A stretch of 57,220 nucleotides of DNA, from the NCBI GenBank assembly GCA_963575745.1, contig CAUYUJ010000040.1:62001-119220 (forward strand), in the 5' to 3' direction. Origin of the DNA: Prorocentrum cordatum. Lineage: Eukaryota. The notes beneath the pieces are model-generated. The model was given only the letters and a program-made list of their open reading frames with translations, was not told where the DNA came from and ran no database searches. The translations under genes and the position numbers were made by a program. This document shows positions 52,797-57,220 of this stretch, piece by piece; positions within the stretch are counted from its first letter, which is position 1, and every line of letters begins with the position of its first letter.

Positions 52797-52890
52797 GTGA
52801 TGATTATGATGATGCTGTTGCTGATTATGATGATGCTGCTGATGATGATGATGCTGATGATGCTGATGCTGATGCTGATGCTGATGCTGA
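51645..52890. repeat. (GGA)n, (CCT)n and degenerate (GAT/GCT)n arrays
   Basis: Seen directly. Confidence 0.9.
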
Positions 52891-53107
52891 GCCTCAATGG
52901 CCATGGGCAGGCGGGGCAGGCTGGCCCCCTTGAATTGTCACTGCGTCCAGGTTAGGACACATGTGCATATTAGGCTGTGGACCAGCCCGTAAGGAGGCTG
53001 TCCAGCGAGCGTGGCCGAAATCCCAGGCCTGAGTCGGCAAGGCAACCGCGCTTCGCCTTTCAGGCCAATGTCCTTTGCGCTTGCGCCTTGCCATAGGGAC
53101 ATGTTCG

Positions 53108-53128
53108 TCCATAGCCATTTCGGCTAAG
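53108..53128 (+). other. Relict dinoflagellate spliced leader (DinoSL)
   Basis: TCCATAGCCATTTCGGCTAAG versus DCCGTAGCCATTTTGGCTCAAG: 2 substitutions and 1 deletion. Confidence 0.75.
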
Positions 53129-53153
53129 GTTGGAGCTGGGTCTACAGCCCGCG

Positions 53154-53690
53154 ATGGCTGAGGTCCTAGCCGCTACGGCGGGCCTCTGACCCGAAGAAGG
53201 AGCCTCAATCCTCGCGAAATGTGTTACCGCGGCGGACCTTCTGGGCCTCTCTGTAGGCGAGCTTGAGAGGGTGCTGGGTGTCCCTCCGTCGGACGCGCTG
53301 CTTGCGGTGCGTCCGCGTGAGGGCAATGCGCTCCACCAGCGCCTCCAAGCGCCTATAACTGGCGACCGTCCGCCCATTGCATTGGCAGCGGCGCCGACGC
53401 AGTCGGACGCGCTGCGGGTGAAGCGGGCTAGGCAGGCGGTGGTTCAAGCGGGGTAAGTCGCCTAGGGCCGACCTCTCGGCAGCAGGCATGGCAAGGAGGC
53501 TCAAGTCGGGAGTGGGAGCCAGGGAGCCGATCCTCGAGCTCGCCCGCTTCTCGACCCATGGGCTGGAGTTGTAGCAGGCAGCGCACCTCGGCAGGACGCA
53601 GCAGTGCGAGATGCGGTCCTAATCTCTCCAGTGCCTTCCATGATCCTCTGGTGGGGTTAGACATTGATCCAGCCGACTGTTTGACCGATG
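53154..53690 (+). pseudogene. Decayed ORF downstream of the relict SL; possibly the N-terminus of a DIRS-type recombinase ORF
   Basis: MAEVLAATAGL*PEEGASILAKCVTAADLLGLSVGELERVLGV...; later SARCGPNLSSAFHDPLVGLD. Contains in-frame stops and a frameshift. Confidence 0.35.
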
Positions 53691-54760
53691 CTAGGATGTC
53701 TGAAGGACGAGGAGGGGATGAGGGGGGGTGGGGAGGGAGTGGAGAGGAGGGAGTTGGAGAGTCGGTGAGGCAGGGGGGCGGGGCGGGAGGAGAGGGCAGG
53801 GGGAATGGAGTGGACGGGAGGTTCGAGCCGAGGGGAGGAGGAGGAGGAGGAGGGGTCGAGTGGGGCAGCGAGGGGAGGAGGAGGAGGAGGAGGAGGAGGA
53901 GCAGGAGGAGGAGGAGGAGGAGGAGGAGGAGGAGGAATATCTGCCGCGGCTACAGAATGCGGTAGTTCGACCTGTCTGCGTTTTCCAGCAGCGCAGTCGC
54001 AGGGTCGCCGCCGCAGTTGTGCCTGGCAGCTGGGTGCTGGGCCACGGGGTGCTGTCGGGCATGCGCCCTGCGTTTAGGAGGGGGCCGGGCCCAGCAGCAG
54101 GGGCCGTTCTCCTGCGATGGCCACGATGGCTCGTCGGCGTGGTCCGCTGTCGTCTGGGACGGCTCTGCACGCTGGTGGGACCGAATGATTTCTTTGTGTT
54201 TCACAAGACCGATGTCTATCTTGCCTGTCTTCTCCTCCTCATCCACACACTCGTCAGCATAGCGTATTGCGGTGACTGTGAAAATGATTGTGGCAGTGAC
54301 GACGATGTTCGGCCAGGCGGTAGTAGTCATGAGTACGATGTTGTTGATGACGGTGATGATGATGCTGATGATGCTGATGATGATGATGATGATGAAGATG
54401 ATGCTGATGCGGATGCTGATGACGATGATGATGCTGATGCTGATGATGATCATGATGACGATGATGGTGGCGATGCTGATGCTGCTGATGATGATCATTC
54501 TCCCGGGTTGCAACAACAACGGCTCCCGCTTGAGACTTTCTTACAATGTCTTTACGCTTCGCGTATCCCCACCAGCCCATCTCACAGCAGCAACTCTTGC
54601 GAAGCATGCCGACAGTCGTGTTTTTCAGGCGTGTGTCCGCTTGGCCCCGCATATCTCCCCTGTTCATCCTTCCTCCCGCCTCCTTGTACATCCTCCTTGT
54701 GGGGGGAGCGGGAGAAGGACGAGGCGGAGGAGGAGGGAGAGAAAGCGCTCCTCGTGGTTT

Positions 54761-55170
54761 GAGTCGTTTGGGGTTTCTCGTCCTGGTGTGAGTCGTTCGG
54801 GCCCTTCTTCCTGGTGTGAGTCGTTCGGGCTCTTCGTGGTGTGAGTCGTTCGGGCTCTTCGTCCTGGTGTGAGTCGTTCGGGCTTCTCGTGGTGTGAGTT
54901 GTTCGGGCCCCTCATCCTGGTGTGAGTCGTTCGGGCCCCTCCTCCTGGTGTGACTCGTTCGGGCTCCTCGTGGTGTGAGTCGTTCGGGGCCCGCGTCGTG
55001 GTGTGAGTCGTTCGGGCTCCTCGTGGTGTGAGTCGTTCGGGCGCCTCGTCCTGGTGTGAGTCGTTCGGGCCCCTCCTTGTGGTGTGAGGTCGTTCGGGCT
55101 CGTGAGCTCTTCGTTGATGTGAGTCGTTACGGGCCCCTCGTCCTGTGTGGTCGTTCGGGGCTCTCGTGGT
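54761..55170. repeat. 26-29 bp tandem repeat (GGTGTGAGTCGTTCGGGCYCCTCGTCCT), about 14 copies
   Basis: Seen directly. Confidence 0.9.
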
Positions 55171-55179
55171 GCTCTTGTG

Positions 55180-55805
55180 GAGGCCTCTTAGAGCCTTCTC
55201 TCGGGAGGCCTTTCTTGCGGAGCCTCTTGGGGGCCTATTGGGTGGCCTCTATGGGGCCTCTTGGGGCCTCTTGGGCCTCTGGGGCCTTTGGGGTGCCCTC
55301 TTGGGTGCCTCTTGGGGCCTCTTGGGGGCCTCTTGGGGGCCTCTTGGAGGCCTCTTGGGAGCCTCCTGGGGGCCTCTTGGGGCCATCTTGGGGCCTCTTG
55401 CGACCTCCTCAGAAGCGCAAATGAGCGCTGCCCCCTGAGAAGGACAAAATGAGCCCAAAACCTTAGTCAAATCAGTGATTTGGCTATGAAGGAGGATGAG
55501 CGGGGCCCCCTCAGAAGGCCAACATGGGGCCAACACCGTAGTAAAACCAATGATTTTGGCATCACAGAAGAGGAGAGAGTTTTTTCTCCGTCCCCCCGTC
55601 GGGGCCAGAATCCTCGTGAGGGGTGTCGTTTTTTAGCCCTCCCAGGAGTCGAAAGTGACCCCCCTGACGACCCGCGGCCCCCCCTCTCCAGGCCCAGGGG
55701 GAGGGGGTAGGGGGAGGGGTAAACCCCTCCCCGAAGGGGAAGAAGGGGGGTTGAGGACAGAGAGAGCTCGCTAAACCACTCACGCCCAAAGGGCTGGTGG
55801 GATTT
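55180..55805. mobile_element. Probable non-autonomous repeat element with a GGGGCCTCTT body and hairpin-rich end
   Basis: Minisatellite body of the same family as 32900-33570. Hairpin GGGGAGGGGT-AA-ACCCCTCCCC near 55711-55732. Confidence 0.4.
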
Positions 55806-56342
55806 GGCCAGGACCCCCGCTCCCGCCCGAGACGTCCTCGCATTTTATTCAGGAATCGCGCTTTCGCTTGGGACTTCCTTACACTTCATTCAAGAATCGC
55901 TCTCCCACCGCTCTGGAGTCGCGCTCTCGCTGGAGACTTGCTTGCACCTTATTGAAGAATGGCCTTGCGTTGGACTTTCCTGCAATTTGCCCAAGCGCCG
56001 CGCTCCCGACACCCAGGCACCCAGGAGTCGCGCCCGTTGTGGCGTTCGCGCCGTTTGTGGCCCCATGTGCATGCGAGGGTGGTGTGCTGTTTGTCCTTCG
56101 TGGCCGCCTGTCGCCAGTTACACACCCCTCACTGTCTCGTGGCCCAATTGCTACCCTCAGTGGCCGCGTCGTTGCCTTCGGTGGCCCCGCATTATCTGCC
56201 ATTCGTGGCCCCCGCTCGTTAGCGCTCTTCGTGGCCCCATACGCATTCCCTGTGTGTCCCCGCTGTCGCATTTCGTGGCCTACTTCGTGACCTTGGTGGC
56301 CCTGCAGTGTTCTCTCTCGCTCTCGCTTTCGCTCGTTGTCGA

Positions 56343-56378
<36 letters not shown>

Positions 56379-57220
56379 GGGTCGTCGTCGTCGTCGTCGT
56401 CGTCGTGGTCGGTCCCCTGTCCGTCCCTTTTGGGGTCGGGTCGACGGTCCGCGGCCGCCCCGCCGATCAGCGCTGCCGCTGGCCAGGCCGACGGTCTGCG
56501 GCCGCCCCGCCGCTTGCCGGGGCCCGGCCTGCAGGGAAGAAAAGTATACCCCCCAAAAGGGGTTCGATCGACGACGAAGAGGGCGGGTATCGAGGGTTTT
56601 GGGAAGTACGCGTTATTGACACTCGAGGTATAAGGTGCGAACGGTTCTTTAAAATTAATTATTGTTGGTTGTCGTTGTTGTTGAACATTATTAATTCTAA
56701 AGAATAATTATTGTTGGGGCACCTGGTGCACGGCCCCCCTGCGCCGCCTAGGCCGCAGCTACATTTTCATCATTTTCGTGAGGAAGCCTCAGGTAATTCG
56801 ATGTGATCAAGATCCGGTTGTTTTGTTCCCCCCCGCTTTCCCTTGCAAAAAACACTATAAAATGACATTTCTTGTTCTAATATAATCAAACTTCAAGAAT
56901 CCTTTGCAAAAAATAAGGTAAAGTGGACATTCGCGCGCGCAAGACGAAATCCTTCCAAAAGCTTAGTGTTCGGAACGATTTTAACATAAAAACATCAAAA
57001 AACCAATGGTTTTTTCAACAAAAAAATGTCAAAATCTCATCCCGCGCGCTCTTGCGGATTCGTAGGAAAACCAACACTTTTTAAACATTTCTGTCAAACG
57101 GGCTTTTGCGAGAACTTTTTCGAACTTCTGCGACAACGGTTGCGCACCTGCCAGGGCCATCATCCCTGTCAAATAATACCATGCGGGACACATTCGTTTT
57201 TTCTTCGCGCGCGCACGCCG

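Noticed and set aside
54761..55170. CRISPR-like array with a conserved GGTGTGAGTCGTTCGGG core
   Set aside because: The intervening 9-12 nt are variants of one sequence, not unique spacers; this is a simple minisatellite.

Overview
This is eukaryotic, GC-rich, repeat-saturated DNA. GA-AG introns, spliced-leader-like relicts and the element types point to a dinoflagellate; a Prorocentrum-like genome is an inference. Positions 1-11438 look like the right-hand part of a large CMC/EnSpm(Plavaka)-like DNA transposon. It carries an apparently intact two-exon DDE transposase, two or three co-oriented cargo genes of unknown function, a palindrome plus 20-bp phased repeat array, and GATC-rich subterminal repeats ending in ...CTGTG. 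The minus-strand genes are each preceded by a degenerate DinoSL-like motif, weakly so for the transposase. A decayed DIRS-like ORF follows. Positions 14436-22958 hold a full-length but frameshifted Ty1/copia LTR retrotransposon with gag, protease, an extra Zn-ribbon region, a C5-cytosine-methyltransferase-like domain, integrase, RT and RNase H. A second, more decayed copia lies on the minus strand at about 23.1-26.3 kb. The rest is satellites, MITE- and Helitron-like small elements, a 100-N gap, and the last three exons of a host Ser/Thr protein kinase (40154-44504). Most ORFs in the six-frame track are artefacts of low-complexity or GC-rich sequence. All family assignments come from motif recognition by eye, not from database searches.
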